Below the pieces are notes generated by a model, which did no database searches, was not told where the DNA came from, and saw nothing but the letters and a program-made list of their open reading frames with translations. 64,000 nt of DNA from Thermodesulfobacteriota bacterium (GTDB lineage: Bacteria; Desulfobacterota; Desulfobacteria; Desulfobacterales; C00003060): assembly GCA_034189385.1 (NCBI GenBank), contig JAXHVD010000006.1, forward strand, positions 1-64,000. Reading direction: 5' to 3'. Position numbers and translations under genes: made by a program. Every line of letters begins with the position of its first letter. Position 1 is the first letter of the stretch. Below, in pieces: positions 9,798-19,038 of the stretch.

Positions 9798-10101
9798 TGA
9801 CTTATGCTAAATTGGGCTATTTAATTGACTTAATTTAGCTAAAATAGGTCAATTTGTCAAGAACAACGGGCACCCAAAGGGACTTTCCCCCTATTCTTCT
9901 TCCACAGACCGGATGGGAGACGGGGACAGGATGAATCGGGGAACCTAAGATCACTGGCGACAGATGACAGACGACAGACGACAAAAGACAGAGGGCAATA
10001 TCTCTGAGTCGCCACGTGCTCTGCCTCCCCTGGGATCCTCGGCCCCTTGACCCCTGGAATCCTTAGGATCACACCGACACCGTGGAAGATCATCTTCAAG
10101 C

Positions 10102-11127
10102 TCACGTGACCCTCGTGGGGGTATATTGCTTGACAGGGCACGCCTGATTGGTCGGGCAGGTGGCACACCCCCTGGGATGGGTCTGGCAGCCGGAAGATAG
10201 GGCATAGGAGGCGGTAAGCCAGGCCGGGGCAGAGCAATACTTCTCCTTGATCTTCTCTGAAGGTGCCATGACCCTTCCTGAAAGTCCGGTGTGGCCCGCC
10301 CAGTGGGCGTTTTTAAGACCGGACGCCTCGGCAAGGGCAAGGCATCTTTCCATGAGGGCCCCAGTCGCCCCCTGGTGAGAGTCCAGGACAAAGTTGGGTC
10401 TGAAGGCCAGAAAACAGGTGGGCAAAGAAGGATCGATCTTTGCGATGAACTCTGTAAGAGGTCTGATCTCGTCTTCGTTGATCTGTGGGATGACCAGGAT
10501 CCTGAACTCCCAGAGCTTCTTTTTTGCCTTTTTTCCAATATAGGCCGCGTTTCTTAAAACCGGTTTGGAAGACGCCCCGGTGAGAGCCAGGTGCACCTCG
10601 TCATCATAGGCCTTGAGGTCATAGGTAATGGATGTGGCAAAAGCAAGGATCCGGTCCAGGCTCTTTTCGGTCATGTAGCCGTTGGTATCAAAGTTGACCT
10701 TGATCTCTGGTTTTTCCCTTCTTGCCCCTTCAACGACCTTTTCGATGTAGGGAAGATGAATCGTGGACTCCCCTCCTGAAAAGAAGATCCGGTCCGCCCC
10801 CATGCGTGTGGCTGAAAGAGAGGTGAGTTGGGTCACACACTCTTCGGCCAGTGCCTCTGGATCTTCATAGCCCCTCTGCCCATAGCCATTATCCGGATAC
10901 TGGCTGATGGTCCAGTTCTGGCAGTTGAGGCACTTGAAGTTGCACCCCGCCATAAAGACCGTATAGCTTTCAGGCGGGGCCGGGTGGAGCGTGGCAGAGG
11001 CCACAGAGGGTGTAGTCATACGGCAGACCCCGGTCTCGCCCTTTAGCCGGTTTACTCCGCACCGGTGTTCGCAGAGTTCACATCTTTCAAGGTCTCTCAG
11101 AAATGGCAGGTCGGTCCTATCAGACAT
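10102..11127 (-). CDS. Radical SAM protein, PFL-activating/PflX-like
   Basis: N-terminal CELCEHRC..C; GCNFKCLNC; FSGGE; DTNGY; C-terminal Cys cluster. Confidence 0.85.
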   Translation of the reverse strand: MSDRTDLPFLRDLERCELCEHRCGVNRLKGETGVCRMTTPSVASATLHPAPPESYTVFMAGCNFKCLNCQNWTISQYPDNGYGQRGYEDPEALAEECVTQLTSLSATRMGADRIFFSGGESTIHLPYIEKVVEGARREKPEIKVNFDTNGYMTEKSLDRILAFATSITYDLKAYDDEVHLALTGASSKPVLRNAAYIGKKAKKKLWEFRILVIPQINEDEIRPLTEFIAKIDPSLPTCFLAFRPNFVLDSHQGATGALMERCLALAEASGLKNAHWAGHTGLSGRVMAPSEKIKEKYCSAPAWLTASYALSSGCQTHPRGCATCPTNQACPVKQYTPTRVT

Positions 11128-12118
11128 GGTCGTAAAAGGCTCGGGGCGCAAGCTCCCGGTAATTAGTCTCTTCCTGGAAAACGAGATGGCGCCTTACATC
11201 CAGACAGAGGTCGCACTTGGACAGGTAGGTCTCGGCAGGCTCGAATCCGTACTCACGGCAGCCCAGGTCAAAGAGGCCGTTGATGCCCTTGTAGAAGAGC
11301 GTGTAAAGAAGCGGATATCTTTCCTCAGTGATTTCCTCTCCCACATCATCGCCATGAATGGCCAGGCCGGAACAAAGCCCAGGGATGTAGTTTTCAAAAA
11401 GATCAACGTGGAAGTGATTCACATTTAAGAGCTCAAAGCATCCGCCTTTGTTGTAGGAGAGGATCTCTTGATAGGGCCTGGTCCCTAGGACAGGGGCAAA
11501 GGTCTTTAAGGCCCTTCCGCCAAAGTGTATCCAGTACCGGGCCGGGAGATTTTTTAAGTAATTGGCGCCGTATCGGTTTTCATATTCTTCCAAGGCGTGG
11601 CGGCTCCTGTCGTCAAAGGCGTCGATTTCGCTATAAAAATCCGATATCCAAGGAAAAACCTTCATCTTCACGGCCTTGCAGGCTTCGATCACCCCTTTGA
11701 CCTTGTAAAAGGGGATATGCTCGTTGTGAAAGGGGCTGATCGACACAAGCACCATGGGAACCCCCTTGGCCTTAAGGGATGAAAGGACCAGACAGGCAGC
11801 GTCCTTGCCCCTGTACCACGAGGAATTGGTTTCCACGTACTCAATGGCCACACCAAGGGAGGTAGCTGTTTCAGCCACCATTTGAAGGCCCTTCACGTTC
11901 AAAAAAGGCTCACCGCCTCCTATATGGATAGCGTGGCATCCCAGGGCCTTGATCCTGGCCAGGGTCTTCTCTGTGGTTTCAGCGTCGATGTACTGCCTTT
12001 CCCACGACGGGCTGCATGCATAGAGGCAGTGTCTGCACCTCGAAGTACAGTAGTAATTGGTCATGAGCCCCCCGGAATTTAAAGGAGGGATGACAAAGGG
12101 TCTTTTTAGTCCTGTCAT
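11120..12118 (-). CDS. Radical SAM protein
   Basis: CTSRCRHC, GGGEPF, VETN; C-terminal CDLC. Confidence 0.85.
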   Translation of the reverse strand: MTGLKRPFVIPPLNSGGLMTNYYCTSRCRHCLYACSPSWERQYIDAETTEKTLARIKALGCHAIHIGGGEPFLNVKGLQMVAETATSLGVAIEYVETNSSWYRGKDAACLVLSSLKAKGVPMVLVSISPFHNEHIPFYKVKGVIEACKAVKMKVFPWISDFYSEIDAFDDRSRHALEEYENRYGANYLKNLPARYWIHFGGRALKTFAPVLGTRPYQEILSYNKGGCFELLNVNHFHVDLFENYIPGLCSGLAIHGDDVGEEITEERYPLLYTLFYKGINGLFDLGCREYGFEPAETYLSKCDLCLDVRRHLVFQEETNYRELAPRAFYDHV

Positions 12119-12168
12119 GGGGTCACCCTTACTCCTGTTGTGGCATAAGTGAAACTGATGAGATCGTC

Positions 12169-12342
12169 AGGGTTCAAGGGGTCAAGGGTTCCAGGGTTCG
12201 AGTGAAAAGATGTCTATTCTTATCCTCCTTCAGATGAAACGGAAGCTCTTTGCCCTGTGCTTAGAGTCTGGTCGTTCGGCAAGACCACCATGCCCGGGCA
12301 AAGAGACCCTTGGCCCCTAGACCCCTTGGTTCCTTGAACCCT
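12169..12342. repeat. Inverted pair of short tandem octamer arrays (AGGGTTCA-like)
   Basis: AGGGTTCA AGGGGTCA AGGGTTCC AGGGTTCG at 12169-12200 and a reverse-complement array at 12305-12342. Confidence 0.7.
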
Positions 12343-12401
12343 TTCTTCTAAAGAAGTCCTGCCCCGTGATCGTTGAACCACCTGCCGGGCCCCGGACAGG
12401 A

Positions 12402-12854
12402 TCACAAATCAACAGGCTCAGCCCCAGTCACCCTTAAGATGTCCGAGGGGTTCATGATCACCATGAGCCCCCGCTTGCCGCCATTGACGGCCACCCTGTC
12501 AAAGGCCAGCAAGGAGGCGTCCATGGCCGTGGGCAGGTGCTTTGTCATGGCAAAGGGGCTAATGCCTCCCACAAGGTAGCCGCTTAGACGCTCGGCCGTG
12601 GTCTCATTGGCCATAAAGGCCCTCTTGGCGCCCTGAATCTGTGCGAGTTTCTTAAAGGGGATCTTCTTGGTCCCTGGCATGAGCACCACGAGATGGGCCT
12701 TGGGCGTAAACTCCACCATGAGGGTCTTGATGGTTTTTTCAAGGGGCACGCCAATGGCTTGAGAGGCAAAAACGGCGCCCTTTTCATTGTGGTCGTATTC
12801 TGAAGTCTCAAAGGAAATATCCTGACTCTTTAACAATTGAATGGCACGCGTCAA
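12402..12854 (-). CDS. ybaK: YbaK/EbsC aminoacyl-tRNA deacylase
   Basis: TRAI..L, IKTL, GYLVGGISPF, NGGKRG. Confidence 0.85.
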   Translation of the reverse strand: MTRAIQLLKSQDISFETSEYDHNEKGAVFASQAIGVPLEKTIKTLMVEFTPKAHLVVLMPGTKKIPFKKLAQIQGAKRAFMANETTAERLSGYLVGGISPFAMTKHLPTAMDASLLAFDRVAVNGGKRGLMVIMNPSDILRVTGAEPVDL

Positions 12855-12876
12855 TCCCGGCCTCCCTTAACTGGCT

Positions 12877-13079
12877 GGCAACGTTCAAAAGTTGAGGCAA
12901 ACCCTCTTAGCAGGCAGTTAGAAGGACAGGGAGGATTGCTGAACGTAGGCATACAGCCATTTCCCTCCACACGATGATATGGGCTACTTAAAGGCATTGG
13001 ATGCCGAAGAGAAGCGATTCGCCCTGTCCGAAAGTTATCTATTCAGAAATAGACGGTGCTAAAACCTCTGAACGTTACC
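12877..13079. mobile_element. About 200 bp MITE with IS1-like TIRs (copy 1)
   Basis: TIRs GGCAACGTTCAAAAGTT / GGTAACGTTCAGAGGTT; near-perfect 8 bp TSD AACTGGCT / AGCTGGCT; second copy at 56728-56925. Confidence 0.85.
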
Positions 13080-14049
13080 AGCTGGCTTTTATCTTTTCCA
13101 AGGCCTCCTGGGCCGCTTCTTTTACTTCAACGTGAAAAGACCCCTGTAAAATCATCTCTAGCGCCGGCATCAATGAGGCATTGCCAGACTCTCCCAAGAC
13201 ATAGAGGATGTCTCCCTGGGCCCGGTCCCCTGCTTCATCAAAGCGTTCTAAAAGGGGATCAACCACCTGGGCGGCCAAGGCCCGATTCCGTTCCACGATC
13301 TCTTCCATGACGACCATGGCACCCAGGCGGACAAACATCTTCTCATGGGCCAGAAGATCTATAAAGGCAGGAAAGATCATCTCTCTTTCAAGCATCATGG
13401 AAGCCACCTGAGAGGCGTCGCCCTCTTTGAGCATCCCTTCTAAGGATGAGGCGCTAAGGTCTGCGGGATCACGGTTTGTCATCACCTCTACGAGTTCTTT
13501 TAATTCCACCGTCCCTGTCCAACGAAACTGCTCGTCCAGCACCACGGTGGGCACAGACCGGATATGGTGGGATTGGGCGATTTCCGGAAAGAGCACACCA
13601 TCTATCACACGAAGGCGTATGGCCTCGCTGGCTGAAGCAAGGGGGAGGAGTTGCCGTGCCGTCACAGGACAATGGGGACATTGGGGTGCCACAAAAAGGC
13701 TCAACGCCGCAGGCACCGTGATCTGCTCAAGGCCCCTTAAAAGAGTGGGCGAGAGCCTGGAGCCTGACTTGTCCGAATCAGAAACCGCTTCTAAAAAGGG
13801 CCCCAATTCCGTACCAAGGGGAACGGCATGATACCTGAGCCCCGGCCCGATCCCAATGGCCGGTGTCTCCATATGCTCCTCTTCTTTTTGGACCATCTGC
13901 ACCTTGGGAGCCAGAAGGACCAGGTCTTTGCAGAAGTCCTCTAGCTGGGACGTCCTTTTATCCTCTGTAAAAAGAAGATGGATCTCTCTCGCGCCAGCAA
14001 GTCCGCTGTTCCATGTGGTAATCTGCTTTTCTTCTTCTGGTGTGATCAT
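13075..14049 (-). CDS. Thioredoxin-fold (AhpF N-terminal-like) protein with C-terminal HEAT-like repeats
   Basis: AVPLGTELGPF, CPHC, IRSVP; helical C-terminus. Confidence 0.75.
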   Translation of the reverse strand: MITPEEEKQITTWNSGLAGAREIHLLFTEDKRTSQLEDFCKDLVLLAPKVQMVQKEEEHMETPAIGIGPGLRYHAVPLGTELGPFLEAVSDSDKSGSRLSPTLLRGLEQITVPAALSLFVAPQCPHCPVTARQLLPLASASEAIRLRVIDGVLFPEIAQSHHIRSVPTVVLDEQFRWTGTVELKELVEVMTNRDPADLSASSLEGMLKEGDASQVASMMLEREMIFPAFIDLLAHEKMFVRLGAMVVMEEIVERNRALAAQVVDPLLERFDEAGDRAQGDILYVLGESGNASLMPALEMILQGSFHVEVKEAAQEALEKIKASW

Positions 14050-14076
14050 GGCCTCAGGCGTTCATCCTTTAGAATA

Positions 14077-14889
14077 CTAGGCGTTGCGCGTCCCCTTACA
14101 GTCCGGGTAGTTCATGCAGGACCAAAATTCTCCAAACCTCCCCTTTTTAAGCTGCATGGGCCCCTTGCATTGGGGGCAGGTGGGCAAAGGGGCCTCGTTC
14201 CCCCCACCTTCTTTACGCGCTACAAACCCGCCGGTTCGGGCGCGGTATTTGCACCAATTACACGTATCCGGCTCTGGTGGCGGCAAGGGTCCATCTAAAA
14301 GACGGACCACCTCGGAGAGAAAAGTTAAGAAGGCGTCATCATGACGCGCCACCTCTATGCACTGCATCTCGCCCTCAAGGCTCTGCCTGGTCAAAGAACC
14401 CTGCTGGCACCCATCTGGAGTAAAATAGAGCAATCCCAGTTTGGATACAGGACTCAGCTCAAGGGCATTTCGTGCCGGCCGTTCCAGGGCTATGGCATAG
14501 GCGTGCAATTGTCTGGCATACATCTTGGTTTTGTCATCGTTCGGTTTTCCGGTCTTAAAATCCAACACCCCATAGGAGCCATCATCTAGCTCTGCCACTA
14601 TGTCAAAGCGCCCCTTGATGAAGCAGGTACTCTCTGAGCCCGGCAAGACCAGAGATTGGGAGCGGACCCAACATTCTCCGTATTTCACCACCCCGGGAGG
14701 GATACAAGGACAAAAATCCTCGGTGCGCTTTTCTGAGTAGTAATCCTTTTGAAGGGCTGCAATGGCCGAAAAGACCCCTGGAAGGGGGATGGAGGGCTGG
14801 GCGATCCCGTGTTTGACCTTCAGGACAAAACAGTGTTTGCATCCTTCGTAAAGAAAGGTCAAGTCAGAAGGGCTTAGTTTATAGTCCAT
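14077..14889 (-). CDS. PD-(D/E)xK nuclease-superfamily protein with C-terminal topoisomerase-type C4 zinc ribbon
   Basis: LSPS, C..C, GRFD...LDFKTG, QL..Y, CNWC; CPQC..M..K.GRFGEFWSC..YPDC. Confidence 0.8.
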   Translation of the reverse strand: MDYKLSPSDLTFLYEGCKHCFVLKVKHGIAQPSIPLPGVFSAIAALQKDYYSEKRTEDFCPCIPPGVVKYGECWVRSQSLVLPGSESTCFIKGRFDIVAELDDGSYGVLDFKTGKPNDDKTKMYARQLHAYAIALERPARNALELSPVSKLGLLYFTPDGCQQGSLTRQSLEGEMQCIEVARHDDAFLTFLSEVVRLLDGPLPPPEPDTCNWCKYRARTGGFVARKEGGGNEAPLPTCPQCKGPMQLKKGRFGEFWSCMNYPDCKGTRNA

Positions 14890-14890
14890 T

Positions 14891-15958
14891 CTATTTCCTC
14901 TTAATGAGCCGGTTTTCTATCTCCGCTTTTGCCCATTCTTTTTCATTCTTCTCTTTGCCTTTCAGATAGGTCTCCATAATGAATGCGGCCTGTTTCCTGG
15001 CCCTATGGTGGCCATGGGATACGGCTTGTTCGATGACTTGCCAGTTCCCTGTTTCAGTGAATTCCTGAAAGGCGACCCGCAGCTCGGGAAAGTTTTCCTT
15101 TGCCAGGCCGTCAATGAAGGCGACGTAGAAACCGAGGGAGGCTTCCTTGCCTTCCCTGATAATGTGTGCCAGTGCCCCGGCGTCGTTGGTGTCTGCCAGC
15201 AGGTCCTTCACGGCCCGGGCAAGGAGTTCCACAGGGGTGTGGGGATAGGCGGCAATCACTTCGCGCCATAGGTCTCTATCAAAGACCGTATCTCGCAGTT
15301 CCCCTATCTCGTGGTAGATGTACGTCTCCCGTTGGGCATCAAAAATGGTGGCCAGGCCCTGTTGCAGTTCCTTGGGATCGCCTTCCTTGAGTCCGCAGTT
15401 TTCCATGGCAAATCTCAGGGCATGGCGTCCCGATTCTTTGATATAGATGATCTGGTCCCACAAAAAGAGCGTGGCCGATTGTCTTCGCACAATGACACAA
15501 TCATCCTGGGTCAGGGCCGGGATGGTAAAGAGATCGCGGGCCAGCTCCCGGCCCAGGGTATAGACCGGGTGTCCGTCTACTTGTTGCTTGTCATCTATGT
15601 GGGCAAGAAAGAAGGTGGGCTTAAGGCTCCGGGCATATCCGGCCCCATAGAGCAATCCTTCGGGTTCCAGGACCGAGTTGATGCCGCTGGTGTCAAAGGG
15701 GTCATATTCCTGTCCAAGGAGGGACAAGGGGATGAAATCCTTTTCCGTGAGTCCGTCCCACAGCTCTTCTTTATCTCCGATCCATGCAAGGATCTCGGCG
15801 GCCTCCTTTTCTTCCCAAGGCGGCAACCCCTTTGTCCACTTGTAAAGATCCCGAAGGCGCAGGGCCAACCCGCAGACAGAATAGACGCCGGCGTGTTCGG
15901 AGTCTGAAATGTCGCAGTTCTTGAGCACCTGGCCCGTCAAGGCATCGAGTTCTATCAC
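14891..15958 (-). CDS. Conserved hypothetical protein (Sfum_1244-like)
   Basis: NCDISD..HAG.YSVCGL.LRLRDLY; YGAGY..SLKP.FFL; YHEIGE possible metal-binding motif. Confidence 0.65.
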   Translation of the reverse strand: MIELDALTGQVLKNCDISDSEHAGVYSVCGLALRLRDLYKWTKGLPPWEEKEAAEILAWIGDKEELWDGLTEKDFIPLSLLGQEYDPFDTSGINSVLEPEGLLYGAGYARSLKPTFFLAHIDDKQQVDGHPVYTLGRELARDLFTIPALTQDDCVIVRRQSATLFLWDQIIYIKESGRHALRFAMENCGLKEGDPKELQQGLATIFDAQRETYIYHEIGELRDTVFDRDLWREVIAAYPHTPVELLARAVKDLLADTNDAGALAHIIREGKEASLGFYVAFIDGLAKENFPELRVAFQEFTETGNWQVIEQAVSHGHHRARKQAAFIMETYLKGKEKNEKEWAKAEIENRLIKRK

Positions 15959-15968
15959 GGTGTCGTCC

Positions 15969-16304
15969 TTATTTTCTTTCCAGAATCTCCTCTATCTCCT
16001 TTTGCAGTCCCTCCAAGGACCTTATGTTCCGATCAATCCAGTGGTCCTTGCCGCCAATGAACAAGATGAGCTGCGGCACGAACTGGACCTTGAGCCTTTC
16101 AAAGAGCTGATCATCCTCAGACTTGTACACCCTTATCCGCTCGCCTTCTCCATAGGCCTGTGCCAGTTTGGCAATCGTGGGCCACAGTTTCTGGCAGGGC
16201 AGACACACCTCGCGATGAAAATCGACGAGCACCGGAAGATCCGAATGGAGGACCTTCTCTTCAAAGTCTTGGGCCGTTACATTTTCTATTTGAGAAGTCA
16301 TCAT
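15969..16304 (-). CDS. Thioredoxin-family protein (atypical CLPC)
   Basis: PVLVDF...CLPC...VP. Confidence 0.7.
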   Translation of the reverse strand: MMTSQIENVTAQDFEEKVLHSDLPVLVDFHREVCLPCQKLWPTIAKLAQAYGEGERIRVYKSEDDQLFERLKVQFVPQLILFIGGKDHWIDRNIRSLEGLQKEIEEILERK

Positions 16305-16369
16305 GGGCCGTCGCAATCATCTCCTTTTCCCATGGAGACTACCCAAGAGAGGCCATGGCCGTCAAGTTT

Positions 16370-16494
16370 GACGGCTTCGTAAAAAGTTCAACTTCTGCGT
16401 TGCGCTACATCCTTCGTCCCTGCGACGTACTATAAGTACGCCTCATTCCTCAGGGTTTGCGCGCCTTGAATTTGGAGCTTTTTACTTTGCCGTC
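16370..16494. mobile_element. Short MITE-like element
   Basis: TIRs GACGGCTTCGTAAAAAGTTC / GACGGCAAAGTAAAAAGCTC; internal palindrome CGTACTATAAGTACG. Confidence 0.65.
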
Positions 16495-16518
16495 TCATGG
16501 GGACTTATGACGATTCCA

Positions 16519-17505
16519 TCAGGTTTGCAGTTCCACCACATCTTCATCGTGGAGGACATAGTCACGCTGGACCATCTGACCGTCATAGACCGAGGTGCCC
16601 CAAACCCTGGCAGCCTTAAAGGTTTCTAAGAAATCCTTGTGGATCTTTCCTGCAAAATCTACAATGGTACTGCCCCTTCTCAGTACAAAGGGGGAGCTGA
16701 AATCCGGCTTCTTGCCTGGTGATTTGGAATAGACGCGGATAATGTCCAGCCCCTCCACAAGGGCCTGTTTCAGCCGGGTCAGATGGCGAGCCAAAGTCAC
16801 AGAGCAAGATACCAGGGTCCATTCGGTTCCAGCCAGTTCGACAAAGATGTCAAAAGTCTCTTGTGAATCTTCATCGTCGTTCTTGTTTGCCAGCACCACA
16901 AAAGGGACAAAGGTGAACCCGGTTTGTTCGGCATCGTCCTGTTTCAGATGGTGCGGCACGATGTGGTGCTCTTCCAGCAGGGCAACGGAATCCTCCCATT
17001 GCTTCAGGGGACCGTTCTTCAAATCAACCATCAAGAGAACAAGGTCTGCCCTGCGAATGAGATCCATGAATGCCGGCTCTACGTAATCTCTTCCCAGTGG
17101 CGGGGTATCAATGAGCTGGATCTGGATGTTTTCCACCGGCATCATGCCCGGCATGGGTTTCCAGGTCGTGTAAGGAAAAGGGGCCACCTCGGGGTTGGCA
17201 TTGGTCAGCGTTGCCACCAGGGAAGACTTGCCCACATTGGCGGGCCCCACGATGACCACCTGGCCGGCCCCTTCGCGGTCCATGGAGAAGGCCGATTCCC
17301 TCTTGCTGGGGCCCTTTTTCGCCTGAGTAGCTGACTTGAGCTTGGAGCTCCGTTTGCGGAGATCGGCTCTTAGCTTGTCCGTGCCCTTGTGCTTGGGCAC
17401 AATGGCGAGCATCTCGTCCAGACAGGCCAACTTGTCCGCAGGGGTTTTGGCTTCGCGGAAGCGCTTTTCCGCTTCAAAATAGGCCGGGGGAAGGTTGGCA
17501 GGCAT
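16519..17505 (-). CDS. DRG/OBG-family GTPase with TGS domain
   Basis: PKHKGT..L, GPANVGKS, PYTT, IQLIDTP, NKND; TGS domain with AGKIH, ARVWG, DEDVVE. Confidence 0.9.
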   Translation of the reverse strand: MPANLPPAYFEAEKRFREAKTPADKLACLDEMLAIVPKHKGTDKLRADLRKRSSKLKSATQAKKGPSKRESAFSMDREGAGQVVIVGPANVGKSSLVATLTNANPEVAPFPYTTWKPMPGMMPVENIQIQLIDTPPLGRDYVEPAFMDLIRRADLVLLMVDLKNGPLKQWEDSVALLEEHHIVPHHLKQDDAEQTGFTFVPFVVLANKNDDEDSQETFDIFVELAGTEWTLVSCSVTLARHLTRLKQALVEGLDIIRVYSKSPGKKPDFSSPFVLRRGSTIVDFAGKIHKDFLETFKAARVWGTSVYDGQMVQRDYVLHDEDVVELQT

Positions 17506-17722
17506 CTTGTGCGTAACAGGCTTTCGGCCACATAATGGCCAATGAGGGTGGCTTCTCGTTCACGACACTAGAATAGGCCGTAAGGAAAGTCAATCCATCC
17601 CCTGGAGGCCGGGTTTGGCCTGGCCCTTCTCCGGTGCCATGTTTTGTCTTGCAGGGACATCTCCTTTACACTACCTTTATGGGGGAAAGACCACTGGGAA
17701 AGGAAGAACAGGGAAAAAGCCC

Positions 17723-18802
17723 ATGAAAAACGACATCTACGAGAAGCTCGCCCGCCATTTGGACAACCTTCCGGGGGGATTCCCGGCCACGAAAAGCGGC
17801 GTGGAGATGAGGATTCTGCGTCGACTCTTTGCCCCTGAAGAGGCTGAAGTGGCCATCCACCTCACCCTTATGCCCAAGAAGGCTGGGGCTATTGCCCGGC
17901 GCACGGGTCTTTCCCTGGAGGAGGTTTCTGCGCGTTTGGAAGGGATGGCAAAAAAGGGGCTCATCTTCACGATGGAAAAAGAAGGCAAGCCGGCCCTGTA
18001 TGGAGCGGCGCAGTATGTCATCGGCATCTGGGAGTATCAGGTAAACAAACTGAACCCAGAGCTTATCGAGGAGATGAATGAATACATCCCCACCTTATTC
18101 AACCTTGAGACCTGGAAGAAGGCCCCGCAACTCAGGACCATCCCCGTGGGCCGCAGCCTTGCCGTGGAACATGAGGTCCTGCCCCACGAAGAGGCCGAGG
18201 CCCTTGTGCGGGCCCAGGAGAAGTTCCTGGTGGCTCCCTGCATCTGCCGGCGAGAGCACACCATGATGGGAAAGGGTTGCGGCAAGCCGGAAGAGACCTG
18301 TCTGGTGTTTGGAATAGGCGCTGACTATTACGAGCGAAACGGCATGGGCAGGATCATAGACTTAGAAGAAGCCCTGGAGATATTGAAAAAGGCAGATGAA
18401 GCCGGACTGGTGCTTCAGCCCAGCAACGCCAAGGACGTGGTCAATATCTGTTGCTGTTGCGGCTGTTGCTGCCAGGTCCTTAAGACCATCAAGCGCCACC
18501 CCCAGCCGGCAAGCGTGGTCTCCACGCCCTACGTGGTCAAAGCCGACCCTGATAGCTGTGAGGGCTGTGGCACCTGCGTGGACCGCTGTCAAATGGAGGC
18601 CCTGAGCCTGGAAGGGGACAAGGTAGTTCTCCAGGCAGACCGCTGCATCGGTTGCGGGCTCTGTGTCACGACCTGCCCCTCAGGGGCCCTTTGTCTAATC
18701 CGCAAACCCAAGCAGGAACAACGGTACGTGCCCAAGAACATGATAAAGACCCTTTTCCATCTTAAGAAGGTACGGCACCAACTGGGGGCTGAGCGTCCAT
18801 AG
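17723..18802 (+). CDS. Fe-S protein with C-terminal 2x[4Fe-4S] domain
   Basis: CICR, ICCCCGCCC, CEGCGTCVDRC, CIGCGLCVTTCP. Confidence 0.9.
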   Translation: MKNDIYEKLARHLDNLPGGFPATKSGVEMRILRRLFAPEEAEVAIHLTLMPKKAGAIARRTGLSLEEVSARLEGMAKKGLIFTMEKEGKPALYGAAQYVIGIWEYQVNKLNPELIEEMNEYIPTLFNLETWKKAPQLRTIPVGRSLAVEHEVLPHEEAEALVRAQEKFLVAPCICRREHTMMGKGCGKPEETCLVFGIGADYYERNGMGRIIDLEEALEILKKADEAGLVLQPSNAKDVVNICCCCGCCCQVLKTIKRHPQPASVVSTPYVVKADPDSCEGCGTCVDRCQMEALSLEGDKVVLQADRCIGCGLCVTTCPSGALCLIRKPKQEQRYVPKNMIKTLFHLKKVRHQLGAERP

Positions 18803-18868
18803 CGAGAGTTCAGCGGGGCCCTTGTTTTCTTTGGAAATAGTGATATAGAAAACGGCTTCATCCCAGGT

Positions 18869-19021
18869 GAGGACATCGTAAAAGGTCAAAAAACCGGCTT
18901 TTCCGTCATACCGCCCCCGTATCAAGGACGGGGTAAAGGGCAGGCGGTATCGAGCCTTTCAATGTGTTCTGGACTCCGGCTTTTTTCGGCGTGAGGGGTT
19001 GGGAACTTTTTGCGAAAGCAT
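18869..19021. repeat. Degenerate REP/MITE-like element
   Basis: Ends ATCGTAAAAGG / CTTTTTGCGAA resemble the element at 16370; internal GTCATACCG...CTGGACTCCGGC palindromic units. Confidence 0.45.
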
Positions 19022-19038
19022 AAGCGTTTGGGAAACAG

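Noticed and set aside
14077..14889. Cas4 as evidence of a CRISPR-Cas locus
   Set aside because: Cas4/AddB-like nuclease fold, but no other cas genes or array nearby.
18445..18472. Poly-Cys run ICCCCGCCC as a repeat artefact or recoding site
   Set aside because: Variant of the usual ICNCCxCCC motif of this Fe-S family; no in-frame UGA.
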